DNA of 64,000 bases from an uncultured Gammaproteobacteria bacterium (GCA_964526325.1 CAZGKM010000005.1:113-64112), one strand, 5' to 3'; shown: positions 16,752-26,427, counted from the stretch's first letter. Notes: generated by a model not told the origin, from the sequence alone. Numbers and translations are program-made.

Positions 16752-17957
16752 CTAAAAATTGCTGGCTAAATTATACATTGGCAAAATTACCGCCGCCACC
16801 ATTATGCCGACCGCCACGCCCATAATAACCATAATTAGCGGCTCCATTAAAGTCATTAAATTAGCTACCATATTGGAAATTTCCCGGCCATAAAAATTAG
16901 TTATTTTTTCTAAAATAATATCCATTTTCCCGGTTTTTTCTCCGATATTTAACATTTGCGAAACCATTTTAGGTATGGTATTGCTATTGATAAATACGCT
17001 GGAAATTGAATTACCGTCTTCAACTTCTTTTATGGTATCTTCTATAAGCTCCTGATAAATTTTATTATCAACCACTTCAGCGACAACTTTTAAGCTATTG
17101 TCTATGGTTACGCCGCCGACGATTAAAGTATTCATGGAACGGGTAAAGCGGACTAAATAAATCAGCTGGAATAAATGGCCAAAAATCGGCAGTTTTAATT
17201 TTATATAATCAAATTGCTTCCTGCCCTGGGGTCTTTTTACATACTGCCTAAAAGCGACGTATAAAGCCACCGCCATAACGATAAGCAGCCACCAATACTT
17301 TTGCATAAAACCCGAGGTGCCGATTAAAATTCTGGTTGTTATCGGCAATTCAGTGCCGCTTTCGGTTAAAATGCCGGTAAGCTTAGGTACGACAAAAATC
17401 ATCATAACGATGCCGACGATAATTAATGAGCTTAAAACAAAGGCTGGATAAATCATGGCGCCTTTTATTTTATTCATCATGTCATAATCTTTTTCCATCT
17501 CGTCGGCCAAATAGCTTAGCACCTCGTCTAATTTGCCTGATGTTTCGCCCGACCTGACAACGCTGATATAAAAATTGCTGAAAATATTAGGCCGCTTGCT
17601 TAAAGATTCTGATAAAGTTGAACCGGCGTCAACTTCGTCAGCCACTTCCGAAACTACCATCTTTAAAATCACATTATTCGTTTGGTCAACCATAATTTTA
17701 AGCGCTTGCACCATGGAAACATTAGCCGAAATTAAAACTGAAAATTGCCGGGAAAATATAACTATATCTCTTGTCTTTACTCTGTTTAAAAATTCTAAGC
17801 TTATCTTTTTTTTACCTGATGATATTTCTGAAATTATAACGACAGACAGGCCTTTTTCCGCCAATATTTCTCCCACTGAATCTTTACTATTCGCTTCAAT
17901 CATGCCTTCCTGCACTTCTTTGTTTTGGTTTAGAGCTTTATATTTATAAATTGGCAT
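16752..17957 (-). CDS. pilC: Type IV pilus platform protein PilC (GspF family)
   Basis: It is 401 aa with two GspF-type repeats and three TM regions (GAMIYPAFVLSSLIIVGIVMMIFVVP, LMEPLIMVIMGVAVGIMVAAVILPM). Confidence 0.9.
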   Translation of the reverse strand: MPIYKYKALNQNKEVQEGMIEANSKDSVGEILAEKGLSVVIISEISSGKKKISLEFLNRVKTRDIVIFSRQFSVLISANVSMVQALKIMVDQTNNVILKMVVSEVADEVDAGSTLSESLSKRPNIFSNFYISVVRSGETSGKLDEVLSYLADEMEKDYDMMNKIKGAMIYPAFVLSSLIIVGIVMMIFVVPKLTGILTESGTELPITTRILIGTSGFMQKYWWLLIVMAVALYVAFRQYVKRPQGRKQFDYIKLKLPIFGHLFQLIYLVRFTRSMNTLIVGGVTIDNSLKVVAEVVDNKIYQELIEDTIKEVEDGNSISSVFINSNTIPKMVSQMLNIGEKTGKMDIILEKITNFYGREISNMVANLMTLMEPLIMVIMGVAVGIMVAAVILPMYNLASNF

Positions 17958-17991
17958 ATTCTATAATAAAAATTGATAATTGATAATTATT

Positions 17992-19026
17992 TTATATATC
18001 TTCTCTTCTGACTTCGCCGGATCCGACTAAATTACTAAGTGATTTATGCATACTAATCATACCTTCTTTCCGCGACGTCTGCATTACGCTCTCCAATTGA
18101 TATATCTTACCTTCCCTGATTAATGATTTGGTAGCCGAATTATTCAACAGTATTTCATTGGCTAAAATTAATCCGCCGCCCCGGCGCTTTACTAATTTCT
18201 GCACCAAAACTCCGATTAAAATATCCGCTAAATTATAGCGCGCGGCTTCAACCGGTAAATTTACGGCCATACCGGCTAAAACTTTTTCCAAAACCCTTTC
18301 CGCGCTATCGGCATTGATTTCCAAAATAACCAAACAATTTCCCGAAGACAGTTCAAAAATCTTTGGCATAACTAAACTAAGAATCTGGTCATCTTTTATT
18401 TCATTAATATAAACGACGTCTACATCTTCGCTTAAACAATAGTCCAAAGCGCTGGCCACCGTATTAACATCAGTTCCTACCTGCCTCTGCATAACCAGAC
18501 TGGTTTTGCTGATAAATAAATATTCAATCGGATCTTCAATGGTAATAATATTTAAAGCCCTGGTTTTATTAAGTTCTTCAATCAATGAAGCGGCGGTTGT
18601 AGTTTTGCCTGAATTATAAGCGCCGGCAATAAATAAAAGCCCGGAAGTAGCCTGTAAAAAATTACGGCAAGCCTCGTCAAGGCCTAAATCGCCGAAACTT
18701 TTTATCACGCCGGGAATATAATGAAAAGATAAGGCTAAAAGCCCTTTTTGGTAAAAAACATTTACCCGGAAACGAAAATTGGAAATATTTTTTACAAAAA
18801 TTGCGCTCTTAGTTTCTTTTAACTTATTAATTTCGTCCGGACCTAAAAAAATTTCTGTTATTTTATTGATAATTTCGCTTGTAACCATCTCCTGGCCGGT
18901 TAAAGGAATAAATTGTCCGGTTATTCTTATCATAGGCGGACTGCCTACGGCTAAATGCAAATCAGAGCCATTCTTTTGGACCATTTCCGATAATATTCTA
19001 TTTAAAAAAATCGATGGCACTTCCAT
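17992..19026 (-). CDS. pilT: PilT-like retraction ATPase with a divergent His box
   Basis: Motifs are GSDLHLAVGSPPMIRI, Walker A GAYNSGKT, Asp box IEDPIEY, Walker B DVVYINEIKD and a C-terminal ATKSLIRE. The position of the His box (TGHLVFxTLHT) reads SGNCLVILEINADSA. Confidence 0.8.
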   Translation of the reverse strand: MEVPSIFLNRILSEMVQKNGSDLHLAVGSPPMIRITGQFIPLTGQEMVTSEIINKITEIFLGPDEINKLKETKSAIFVKNISNFRFRVNVFYQKGLLALSFHYIPGVIKSFGDLGLDEACRNFLQATSGLLFIAGAYNSGKTTTAASLIEELNKTRALNIITIEDPIEYLFISKTSLVMQRQVGTDVNTVASALDYCLSEDVDVVYINEIKDDQILSLVMPKIFELSSGNCLVILEINADSAERVLEKVLAGMAVNLPVEAARYNLADILIGVLVQKLVKRRGGGLILANEILLNNSATKSLIREGKIYQLESVMQTSRKEGMISMHKSLSNLVGSGEVRREDI

Positions 19027-19046
19027 ATATTATAAATCTACGCGTA

Positions 19047-19068
19047 ATCAAATTAAAATTTTATGGCC
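19047..19068 (-). repeat. Partial copy (one arm) of the structured intergenic element
   Basis: The sequence atcaaattaaaattttatggcc matches 9720..9740 (atcaaataaaattttatggcc) except for one inserted base. Confidence 0.55.
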
Positions 19069-19121
19069 AAAAGCCATGTTGGCCGGCAAACAAACTTTTA
19101 AATAAATTTTTTAAAGTTTGT

Positions 19122-19502
19122 TTATTTATTTAACATTTTTTTTATCTTATCAACCACTTCCGACGGCATAAAATGCGCCTTAATTAAATAATCCGCCGCG
19201 CCCATTTTTAAGCCTTGCTCTATTTCATCTTTCTGGCTCAAATTTGTTAAAAGTATTACCGGAATATCGGCTGTCGCGCGGTCGGCTTTAAGCTGGCGTA
19301 AAACCTCGAAACCGTTTACCTTCGGTAAAATAATATCTAAAAGAATTATGTCCGGCGCCTCTTTAAGGGCAACGCGAATGGCCTTTTCTCCGTCTTCAGC
19401 CATAATTACCTTAAAATCTTCCATTTCAAATTTAGTGGCGTACATGCCCAATAAAAATGAATCATCTTCAACTAAAAGGATTTTTATTTTATCTTTTGGC
19501 AT
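19122..19502 (-). CDS. Single-domain CheY-like response regulator (PilG/PilH-like) inside the pilus operon
   Basis: The receiver motifs KILLVEDD...ILLDIILPKVNGFEVL...PVILLT...ADYLIKA are present. I place the start at ATG 19502 (MPKDKIK). The track's GTG start at 19535 lies inside the structured repeat. Confidence 0.85.
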   Translation of the reverse strand: MPKDKIKILLVEDDSFLLGMYATKFEMEDFKVIMAEDGEKAIRVALKEAPDIILLDIILPKVNGFEVLRQLKADRATADIPVILLTNLSQKDEIEQGLKMGAADYLIKAHFMPSEVVDKIKKMLNK

Positions 19503-19511
19503 AAAGTTATA

Positions 19512-19572
19512 ATCAAATAAAAATTTATACTTCACCCCGTCAAGGCGCGGGGCGCTTAAATTTCTATTTGAT
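19512..19572 (-). repeat. Structured intergenic element, copy 2
   Basis: The sequence is atcaaataaaaatttata...caccccgtcaaggcgcggggcgct...taaatttctatttgat. It has the same architecture as 9720..9785 and shares the AGCGCCCCGC core (minus sense). Confidence 0.7.
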
Positions 19573-19624
19573 GCGTTATATTTTTTGTCCCGCTTAATAC
19601 GAGTTAAAAAAATTTAAATATTTA

Positions 19625-21364
19625 TTAAATATGAATCGTTCTCAAAACTTCTTCCATAGTGGTTAAGCCAAGCAAAACTTTTATTATGCCGTCTTGCTTC
19701 ATGGTAATAAAATTCTGATTTTTTATCAAATCGTCAATCGTTAAATTAATTTTATTTTCCATGATAATTTCTTTTATTTTATCGTTAACGTCAAGCACTT
19801 CGGCTAAAGCAACTCTGCCGGCATAACCGGTCGCTCCGCAGCGAGCGCAGCCTTTGCCTTTATAAAATTTCATTTTTTTTATATCAAAATCCGGTATCAT
19901 TTCCTTAATCGCCGCTGGCGGCGTAACGGCTAATTCTTTTTTTATGTCATCCACAATATCGTCCGGCAGCTTATATTCCGTCTTGCAATGTTCACAAATT
20001 TTTCTCCCCAGTCTTTGCGCTAAAACGATATTTAAAGTTGAGCCTAAGAGAAAAGGCTCTACCTCCATATCTAAAAGCCTGGGAATAGCGCCTAGGGCAT
20101 TACTGGTATGTAAAGTTGACAGCACAAAATGACCGGTTAAGCTGGCGTGAATGCCCAGTTCAGCGGTTTCGTTGTCCCTTATTTCTCCAACCATGACAAC
20201 GTCGGGATCTTGGCGCACTAACGAACGCAGACCAGCGGCGAAAGTAAGGCCGATTTCCGGCCTGATCTGCGATTGGTTAACTCCTTTAACAAAATATTCA
20301 ACCGGATCTTCAAGCGTGGAAATATTTATTCCTTCCTTATTAAGGTCCGTTAAAATAGAAAATATGGTAGTTGATTTTCCTGAGCCGGTCGGGCCGGTTA
20401 CCAAAAACATACCGTCGGTCTTGGTTAAACTTTTTTTAATTACTTTCAACCCGGAGCCCATAAAACCCAATTCTTCCAAAGTCGGCGCGCGGTCGGTTAT
20501 ATCCAAAATTCTCATCACCACTTTCTCGTCATCTAAAAGGGGCATAACGGAAACTCTTAAATCAATCTCTTTATTATTGATATTTACCCTTATTCTGCCG
20601 TCTTGCGGCAGCCTGGTTTCATCAAGTTTTAAATTGCCCAAAACTTTAATTCTGCCGACGATGGACCCGTGCACGCTTTTTGGCAAAATCAGCGAATTGT
20701 GTAAAATGCCGTCTATCCTGTACCTGACTCGGCTTTCGTTTTGTATAGGCTCAATATGAATATCCGATGCCCTGCCTTCAACTGCGTGCCTAATAATTAC
20801 GGAGACTATTTTTGATACCGGCGCCGACTTGGTTATCTCTTCGACCTCTTGCCGGGTGATTTTTTTACTCGCGCTCTCCAAAATATCTTCCTCTTCTTTA
20901 GTTTTTAAGGCTTTGGAAACTTCTTTGCCTAAAGTTTTATAATGTTTTAAAGCGTTATTAAGGCTTAAGGCGGAAATTAAAAAATATTCCGGCTGCAGAC
21001 TTTCTTCTTTAGCTAAAAAATCTATAGCCTCAATCGCTTTAAAATTTTCCGGATCAACTATGCCTACTTTCATCTTGCCTTTAGCAACTTCAAAGCAAAC
21101 TATTTTATAATTCTCAGCCACTTCCGCCGGAATTAAATTTAATACTTGGTCGGAAATTTTTACTCCGATTAAACTATGGTAATTTAAATTATAAATCTTA
21201 GACTTAATCTTTATTAAATCCTCAACATCAATAAAACCGCTTTTAATAAGCGCTTCTTCCGGGCTGCTTTTATATTCCGGCAACTTCTTAATTTCAATTA
21301 ATTGTTCATCGGTAATTAATTTATTTTGAACCAATAAATTTATTAGCTCCTCCGGCTTGTTCAT
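19625..21364 (-). CDS. pilB: Type IV pilus assembly ATPase PilB (GspE family)
   Basis: It has an N-terminal T2SSE_N-like domain, Walker A GPTGSGKST, Walker B VVMVGEIRD, His box TGHFVLSTLHT and the zinc motif CEHCK...CARCGATGYAGR. Confidence 0.95.
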   Translation of the reverse strand: MNKPEELINLLVQNKLITDEQLIEIKKLPEYKSSPEEALIKSGFIDVEDLIKIKSKIYNLNYHSLIGVKISDQVLNLIPAEVAENYKIVCFEVAKGKMKVGIVDPENFKAIEAIDFLAKEESLQPEYFLISALSLNNALKHYKTLGKEVSKALKTKEEEDILESASKKITRQEVEEITKSAPVSKIVSVIIRHAVEGRASDIHIEPIQNESRVRYRIDGILHNSLILPKSVHGSIVGRIKVLGNLKLDETRLPQDGRIRVNINNKEIDLRVSVMPLLDDEKVVMRILDITDRAPTLEELGFMGSGLKVIKKSLTKTDGMFLVTGPTGSGKSTTIFSILTDLNKEGINISTLEDPVEYFVKGVNQSQIRPEIGLTFAAGLRSLVRQDPDVVMVGEIRDNETAELGIHASLTGHFVLSTLHTSNALGAIPRLLDMEVEPFLLGSTLNIVLAQRLGRKICEHCKTEYKLPDDIVDDIKKELAVTPPAAIKEMIPDFDIKKMKFYKGKGCARCGATGYAGRVALAEVLDVNDKIKEIIMENKINLTIDDLIKNQNFITMKQDGIIKVLLGLTTMEEVLRTIHI

Positions 21365-21374
21365 GTTTATGTAA

Positions 21375-21767
21375 TTAATCTAACTTAAAAGGATTTCTTT
21401 TACCCACCTCAAGCTGCTCCTTAGATGTAAATACATTTTCCCGTAAATTTTTAAATTTATCGCTGGAAAAAATATTTAAATTAAAGCCGCTGTTTTGATT
21501 AATTTTATTTTTATCTAAAATTTGACTGGGCTCAATCGTTGTCTGATTATCAACTTCGCCTGTTTCAAGGGCATTATTTTTAGTATCAGTAACTTCAATA
21601 GCGGGCATGGAATTATCATTCACAATGGGAATATTAACATTCACTATCTTATAGGTAGTAAGTTTTTTATTTTCATACAACATAAAAGCTGTTCCACTTG
21701 CCATAAAAACAATAATGGAAATATAAATTAATAATTTTTTCGTTGATATTTTTTTCAGTACTAACAT
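21375..21767 (-). CDS. Small membrane-anchored pilus-operon protein (PilP position)
   Basis: It is 130 aa with an N-terminal TM segment (LLIYISIIVFMASGTAFMLY). The C-terminal RNPF resembles the PilP RDPF motif. The call rests on position and topology only. Confidence 0.45.
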   Translation of the reverse strand: MLVLKKISTKKLLIYISIIVFMASGTAFMLYENKKLTTYKIVNVNIPIVNDNSMPAIEVTDTKNNALETGEVDNQTTIEPSQILDKNKINQNSGFNLNIFSSDKFKNLRENVFTSKEQLEVGKRNPFKLD

Positions 21768-21778
21768 AAATTTATGCT

Positions 21779-21822
21779 TACCCCGTTAAATAATTCTGCG
21801 CTTGGCGGGATTTAACGGGGTG
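21779..21822 (-). promoter_or_regulatory. CCCCGTTAAAT hairpin immediately upstream of the 21375..21767 start codon
   Basis: The sequence ccccgttaaat (21781..21791) pairs with atttaacgggg (21810..21820), extended by 2 bp, with an 18 nt loop. An SD-like AAGGAG sits 5' of the hairpin, and the AUG lies 11 nt 3' of it. Confidence 0.5.
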
Positions 21823-21859
21823 AACTCCTTTAAATTCGGCGATATGGCGATAAAACTAT

Positions 21860-22537
21860 TTAAGGCAGTAAATAATAGCTATAAATATTTAGAATCGCCT
21901 CGTCTTCGTTAGCGTTAAATTTAATTTTTGTAATATCAAAAAGTCTTAAATTATTTTCAAAAGCCTTAACTATATTTTTTAAAATCGGATAATTAATTGA
22001 ACTCAATTTAACCTCTATTTTAATCAGGCCGACCCCGGACGGCAATTCGTTAAAAATTCCGAATGTCGTTTCTTTATTTTCTTTCGGCCTGACTTTAAGA
22101 TTATTTTTTTCATCGCCGCCTTGTGGTTCAATTTTTATTGATGTTAAAATAGCGCTATTTCTTACAGCTATTGATTCAATCTCTGTTATAATAACGCTGG
22201 CATCGCTCGTCCGAGGCACCATGCCGGCAATTTTCGTTTTTTCTTCATCGCTAATCGATTGATATGATTTTTTAAAATTACGAACAGAGCTTAAATAATT
22301 AAATTTAGTTTCATATTCAATTTCAAAATTATTTTTAGCTTCTTGATTCTCCTTGGAAATTTGCTGATATTTTGGATAAACCAACAAAAATAAGCCGCCG
22401 GCTAAAATAATAATGCTTAAAGAAAAAATCAAATAATTAAAATAATTTATTAAAAATTCGTTTATTTTAATTTTTAACAATTCTGCCTTTTTTTTATTTT
22501 CTTCTTCGCCGGCCGGCGATTTTTTTTGCATATCCAT
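21860..22537 (-). CDS. pilO: PilO-like inner-membrane pilus alignment protein
   Basis: It is 225 aa with a single TM segment (YLIFSLSIIILAGGLFLLVY), a coiled-coil and an alpha/beta region. It lies directly after the pilN-like gene. Confidence 0.55.
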   Translation of the reverse strand: MDMQKKSPAGEEENKKKAELLKIKINEFLINYFNYLIFSLSIIILAGGLFLLVYPKYQQISKENQEAKNNFEIEYETKFNYLSSVRNFKKSYQSISDEEKTKIAGMVPRTSDASVIITEIESIAVRNSAILTSIKIEPQGGDEKNNLKVRPKENKETTFGIFNELPSGVGLIKIEVKLSSINYPILKNIVKAFENNLRLFDITKIKFNANEDEAILNIYSYYLLP

Positions 22538-22603
22538 AAATATTAGGCTTGTTAACTTCTAATCTTTTTCCCTGACTGCGGCTCTGAAATTCCAACCGCA
22601 AGT

Positions 22604-23872
22604 CTATTCGGTAAAAATACTCTTTAAAATAGAAAAATCCATAATAAACTTTACCAGAGATTTATTTTTATTATCACCCGCCACCATTTCTCCGCCATTA
22701 ATCTTAACGGCGGTTACTTTCCTATTATTTCTAAAAACATTAACTTGCTCAGGAATGTTATTATAATTGACGGCCAAAGCTTCCATGGTATAATTGCCGC
22801 TGGTGTCGCCGTCAAAATTTGTAAAATAAACGTCTTTTATCGTATTATCTTCCAAAAAATTAAAAAAATTAGTCCAATAAAGATGTTGTTCGAATATTTG
22901 AGAAACTAATTTCAATTGGTTCTGGAAATCTAAAATTTTCTTAACGCCGGATTCTTCTTCCGCTATGGCTTGCTCAAGCTCTTTAAATTTTTCGGCTTGC
23001 GCTAAATTTTTAACTTGGTTGCTTTTTTGATAAAACGCCAAACCATAATAAACCGCTCCTATAACGAAAATCGGTATTAAAATTGCGTTTACTAAAATAA
23101 TAATTTTGGAGTGCCAATCGAAAAAATTTACCAGCTCTCCTTGGATTAAATTGGTTTCTAAAACACGCATCCTGGATTCATTTTTAAGAATCTTCTCTTT
23201 CTCTTTAACATTTATTTCTTTAGATTCGGCTTGCTTATTTTCTGTTTGGATAATCGGTTGGATGGTCGCTGGCCGTTTTACTGCTGCCGGCTTGGCTTCT
23301 TGCGCCTTTGATAATTTAACCATTTTAGCCGTCTCGTCTTTACGGGCGCTTGAAGCGATTATTTTTTTTCTTAACGACTCTATCCATTTATCAAGCCAGC
23401 TATCTTCGGGTTTTTCAGCCAATAGCGGCATCGGCTTATCTTCCGACGCCTGCTTGATATTAAAAATTTTTCCGATTTGATCTTTACGCTCTTTTTCTCT
23501 TTTAAAAGCTTGCTGGTAATCAATTAAAACCTCTTTTGGCGCAGATTGTTTTTTTAATTTTTCTGCCAAAACTGAAAAAAAATTTTTTTTCTTTTCTTCC
23601 GGCTGCGGTTTTGAATTTTCGTGATGCTTTATTAAATTTAAAATTTCCTCACGAGATTGCTTAATCTTATTTTTATCAATTATTGAGACGGGAGGGGTGC
23701 CGGCCGGTTCTTTTTTATTTGCGAACGGTAAAAAAGAAAAAAAAGCGCTCTTAGAGCTATCATCATCTTTTTTTGGGCTAGACCAAGCCAGCTTCTCTTT
23801 TTTTGAGTCTTTATCTTTAGGTTTTTGATTATCGCCGGGTTTTTTATTGTCTAAAAAATTAATATCGGACAT
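22604..23872 (-). CDS. pilN: PilN-like protein with a long Lys-rich N-terminal extension
   Basis: It is 422 aa. About 250 aa are low-complexity and K/E/P-rich. A TM segment (IIILVNAILIPIFVIGAVYYGLAFY) and a periplasmic domain follow. It lies directly after pilM. Confidence 0.55.
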   Translation of the reverse strand: MSDINFLDNKKPGDNQKPKDKDSKKEKLAWSSPKKDDDSSKSAFFSFLPFANKKEPAGTPPVSIIDKNKIKQSREEILNLIKHHENSKPQPEEKKKNFFSVLAEKLKKQSAPKEVLIDYQQAFKREKERKDQIGKIFNIKQASEDKPMPLLAEKPEDSWLDKWIESLRKKIIASSARKDETAKMVKLSKAQEAKPAAVKRPATIQPIIQTENKQAESKEINVKEKEKILKNESRMRVLETNLIQGELVNFFDWHSKIIILVNAILIPIFVIGAVYYGLAFYQKSNQVKNLAQAEKFKELEQAIAEEESGVKKILDFQNQLKLVSQIFEQHLYWTNFFNFLEDNTIKDVYFTNFDGDTSGNYTMEALAVNYNNIPEQVNVFRNNRKVTAVKINGGEMVAGDNKNKSLVKFIMDFSILKSIFTE

Positions 23873-23955
23873 AAATAAATACTAATTTAAAAATTTTTAA
23901 TTTTATAAATAATTTTAAAATATTAATAAATTCAAAAATTCAAAAATTAACTGCA

Positions 23956-24987
23956 TTATTCCATTTCCCTAAGCGCCAAGCCGATAGCTATAGCCATGCG
24001 CGGAGCTATTTCATCTAAAAGCGGCTTTAAGTCTAAGGGATAAGAAATTGTTGACCAAGGATTGCCGGCTACCACATTTATATTTAATATCTTTGATAAA
24101 TAATCAGTAAAATTCATAAGCAAAGCTGAGCCGCCGCTTAAAATAATTTTATCAACTTTTTTATTATCCTTGTTTTGGAATAAATTCAAAGCATATTTTA
24201 TTTCATTTACAATCGGGGAAATGCTTTCAATAATAGTTCTGGGAATTGCGTTATCGGCTGAAGCCAGCGAGCCTACGCCCAAATCATATTTAAATTGTTC
24301 CGCTCTCTCCAGACCGATATTAAGGCTATGGCTGATAGCTTTAGTTATTGTCCAGCCGCCGATATCTATGCTTCTATTTAAGGTCGGGATACTCTGATCA
24401 ATAATCGTAAAACTCGTAGTCTTTGCCCCGATTTCTACCACCATAGCCGTTGATTTATCATTGCCCATAAGCGATCTTATAAGCGCGAAAGTTTCGGTCT
24501 CCAGGCTTAATAAATTTATTTGAGCATTTTTAAAAATTTCAATGTAGCGCTTAACTAAAGTCCGCGGAGCGCCGGTCAATAAAACTTTTATACTATTTTT
24601 ATTGGCGGTCTGATCGGTATTTTCAATTTTTTTCCAGTCTAAAATCATTTCTTCCGGCGGCAAAGGGATAACTTTTTTTGCTTCCCAATTAATGGCTGAA
24701 GGTAAGTCTTTTTTACTGACGCCGGTCAAATTTATAATTGAAGAAAAAACGGAAAAAGTCGGCAAAGCCGAAACGGCTTTTCGGCTAGTCATGCCGGCTT
24801 TAGTGCAAATTTCATTAATAATACCAGCGATTTTTTTAGGGTTAGTCTGATCTAAATCATCAAGATTTTCACTAAAACCGTAAGTTAAAAGCATGGCTTT
24901 ACCGCCTTGGTTTTTTAATTCAACTATTTTAATGCTTGAGCTGCCGATATCAATGCCTAAATAGCTTTCACTGGAGAATAAACTCAT
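23956..24987 (-). CDS. pilM: PilM, actin-like pilus assembly ATPase
   Basis: The motif LGIDIGSSSIKIVELK, the interval VVEIGAKTTSFTII and the motif ILSGGSA match the ASKHA fold pattern. It is the first gene of the operon. Confidence 0.9.
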   Translation of the reverse strand: MSLFSSESYLGIDIGSSSIKIVELKNQGGKAMLLTYGFSENLDDLDQTNPKKIAGIINEICTKAGMTSRKAVSALPTFSVFSSIINLTGVSKKDLPSAINWEAKKVIPLPPEEMILDWKKIENTDQTANKNSIKVLLTGAPRTLVKRYIEIFKNAQINLLSLETETFALIRSLMGNDKSTAMVVEIGAKTTSFTIIDQSIPTLNRSIDIGGWTITKAISHSLNIGLERAEQFKYDLGVGSLASADNAIPRTIIESISPIVNEIKYALNLFQNKDNKKVDKIILSGGSALLMNFTDYLSKILNINVVAGNPWSTISYPLDLKPLLDEIAPRMAIAIGLALREME

Positions 24988-25020
24988 AATAATAAATAAA
25001 AATTTTTAATTCCCTTTCTT

Positions 25021-25049
25021 TTGACACTAGGTCTATTATATTATACAAT
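25021..25049 (+). promoter_or_regulatory. Putative sigma-70 promoter for the plus-strand TolB-like/radA unit
   Basis: TTGACA (25021..25026), a 17 nt spacer and TACAAT (25044..25049). Confidence 0.5.
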
Positions 25050-25104
25050 TATATAATAATAGCTCAAAATAATCAAAAACAAGGTTGGATAAATTTCTTT
25101 TATT

Positions 25105-25132
25105 ATTATACCATAAAATTCTGATTTAACAA
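25105..25132 (-). promoter_or_regulatory. Putative promoter of the pilM operon (extended -10)
   Basis: The minus strand reads TTGTTA, a 16 nt spacer, then TGGTATAAT. The 14-mer TTTTATGGTATAAT is identical to the one in the pilin promoter. Confidence 0.45.
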
Positions 25133-25179
25133 AAATAAAAATAACCATAAAATAATTTTGTAACTACAATATAAATTTC

Positions 25180-26421
25180 ATGGATTTTTTAAATAAATAC
25201 AAAAAAATTTTTATAGTCTTTGGTTTTATTTTAATTGTTTTAATTTTAGGCTATCTGCTATACGCCATTTTTTTTAAGCCGGAACCGGCGCCGGTTATCA
25301 CGGAAAAGCCGACCGCAACCAGCACTCAGGGAGTTTTGCCTGTAGCCAAGCCAGGAACCGGGCAAATAACACCTTCGGGCCAGCCAATCGGCGGTTTACA
25401 GGGAGAAACGGTGCTGCCAATAAGTAAAAGCAGCGCCGTAGCTTCAGGTGGCTTAACGGAAACCCTTGAATTGAGCCAAGCGCCAAGTTTAGCGGCAACT
25501 TTATCCGCCAATGGCAATGATTTGCAGTATTATAATAAATTAGACGGCAAATTTTACCGTTTAACAAAAGACGGTCAGGCCAGCTTGCTTTCGGACGAGG
25601 TCTTTCATGAAGTGGAAAAAATTACTTGGTCGCCCGATAAAAATAAAGCTATTTTAGAATACCCGGATCAAGCGAAAATTATTTATGATTTTAAAAACAA
25701 AGAGCAAATTAGCCTGCCTAAACATTGGAAAGATTTTAATTTTTCTCCGGATGGTTCAAAAATTGTTTTAAAAAGCATGGCTACTGATCCGGCTAACCGC
25801 TGGTTGGCTGTCGTTAATAATGAAGGCACTTCAGCGCAAAGAATAGCCTCCTTGGGAGATAAAGATGACACGGTCTATCCTTCCTGGTCTCCCAACAACC
25901 AAACCGTAGCTATGTATACCGAGGGTAAAAGTTTTGATCAGCAAGCGGTTTATTTCGTCGGCTTAAACGATGAAAACTTTAAATCTTTAACTATAGAGGG
26001 CCGGGGCTTTGAACCCAAATGGGCGCCTGAAGGCGACCGCCTGCTTTATAGCGTCTATTCAAGCTCAAGCGACCTAAAGCCGGAACTTTGGGCAACCAAT
26101 GCCCAAGGAAATAATATCGGCGCCGGACGAATAAAATTAGATGTCCAAACCTGGGCGAATAAATGCGTTTTTTCTTCTAAAACCGAAATTTATTGCGCTG
26201 TACCCGAAAGCCTTGAGGAAGGCGCCGGCCTATTTCCAGATTTAGCCAAAAACGCAAAAGATAATTTATATAAAATTGACATCCAAACCGGCTTAAAAAA
26301 ATTAATAGCCATACCGGACGGCGACTTTACCATGTCTGATTTAATCGTCTCGGATAACGGCTATTATCTCTATTTTACCGATGTTAATACCGGAAAGATC
26401 AATAAGATAAAACTAAAATAA
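25180..26421 (+). CDS. Membrane-anchored TolB-like WD40/PD40 beta-propeller protein
   Basis: It has an N-terminal TM segment followed by PD40-type repeats (WSPDKNKAIL, FSPDGSKIVL, SWSPNNQTVAMY, KWAPEGDRLLYS). Confidence 0.8.
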   Translation: MDFLNKYKKIFIVFGFILIVLILGYLLYAIFFKPEPAPVITEKPTATSTQGVLPVAKPGTGQITPSGQPIGGLQGETVLPISKSSAVASGGLTETLELSQAPSLAATLSANGNDLQYYNKLDGKFYRLTKDGQASLLSDEVFHEVEKITWSPDKNKAILEYPDQAKIIYDFKNKEQISLPKHWKDFNFSPDGSKIVLKSMATDPANRWLAVVNNEGTSAQRIASLGDKDDTVYPSWSPNNQTVAMYTEGKSFDQQAVYFVGLNDENFKSLTIEGRGFEPKWAPEGDRLLYSVYSSSSDLKPELWATNAQGNNIGAGRIKLDVQTWANKCVFSSKTEIYCAVPESLEEGAGLFPDLAKNAKDNLYKIDIQTGLKKLIAIPDGDFTMSDLIVSDNGYYLYFTDVNTGKINKIKLK

Positions 26422-26427
26422 TTTCAA

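Noticed and set aside
13429-19535. Longer N-terminal extensions offered by the ORF track (13470, 15995, 19535; also 28284, 33217, 49246)
   Set aside because: The extensions run into intergenic repeats, a terminator hairpin or a tRNA. Internal ATGs give canonical N-termini (MSTQIIL, MAKEKVV, MPKDKIK, MIGTRIF, MKYQDKV, MKNNILV).
20151-20759. A 202 aa plus-strand ORF antisense to pilB, and similar antisense ORFs (17575..17949, 18779..19105, 23106..23480, 9087..9458, 46139..46480)
   Set aside because: Each lies entirely inside a well-supported minus-strand gene. Their composition is low-complexity, and they have no start context or recognisable motifs. They are shadow ORFs.
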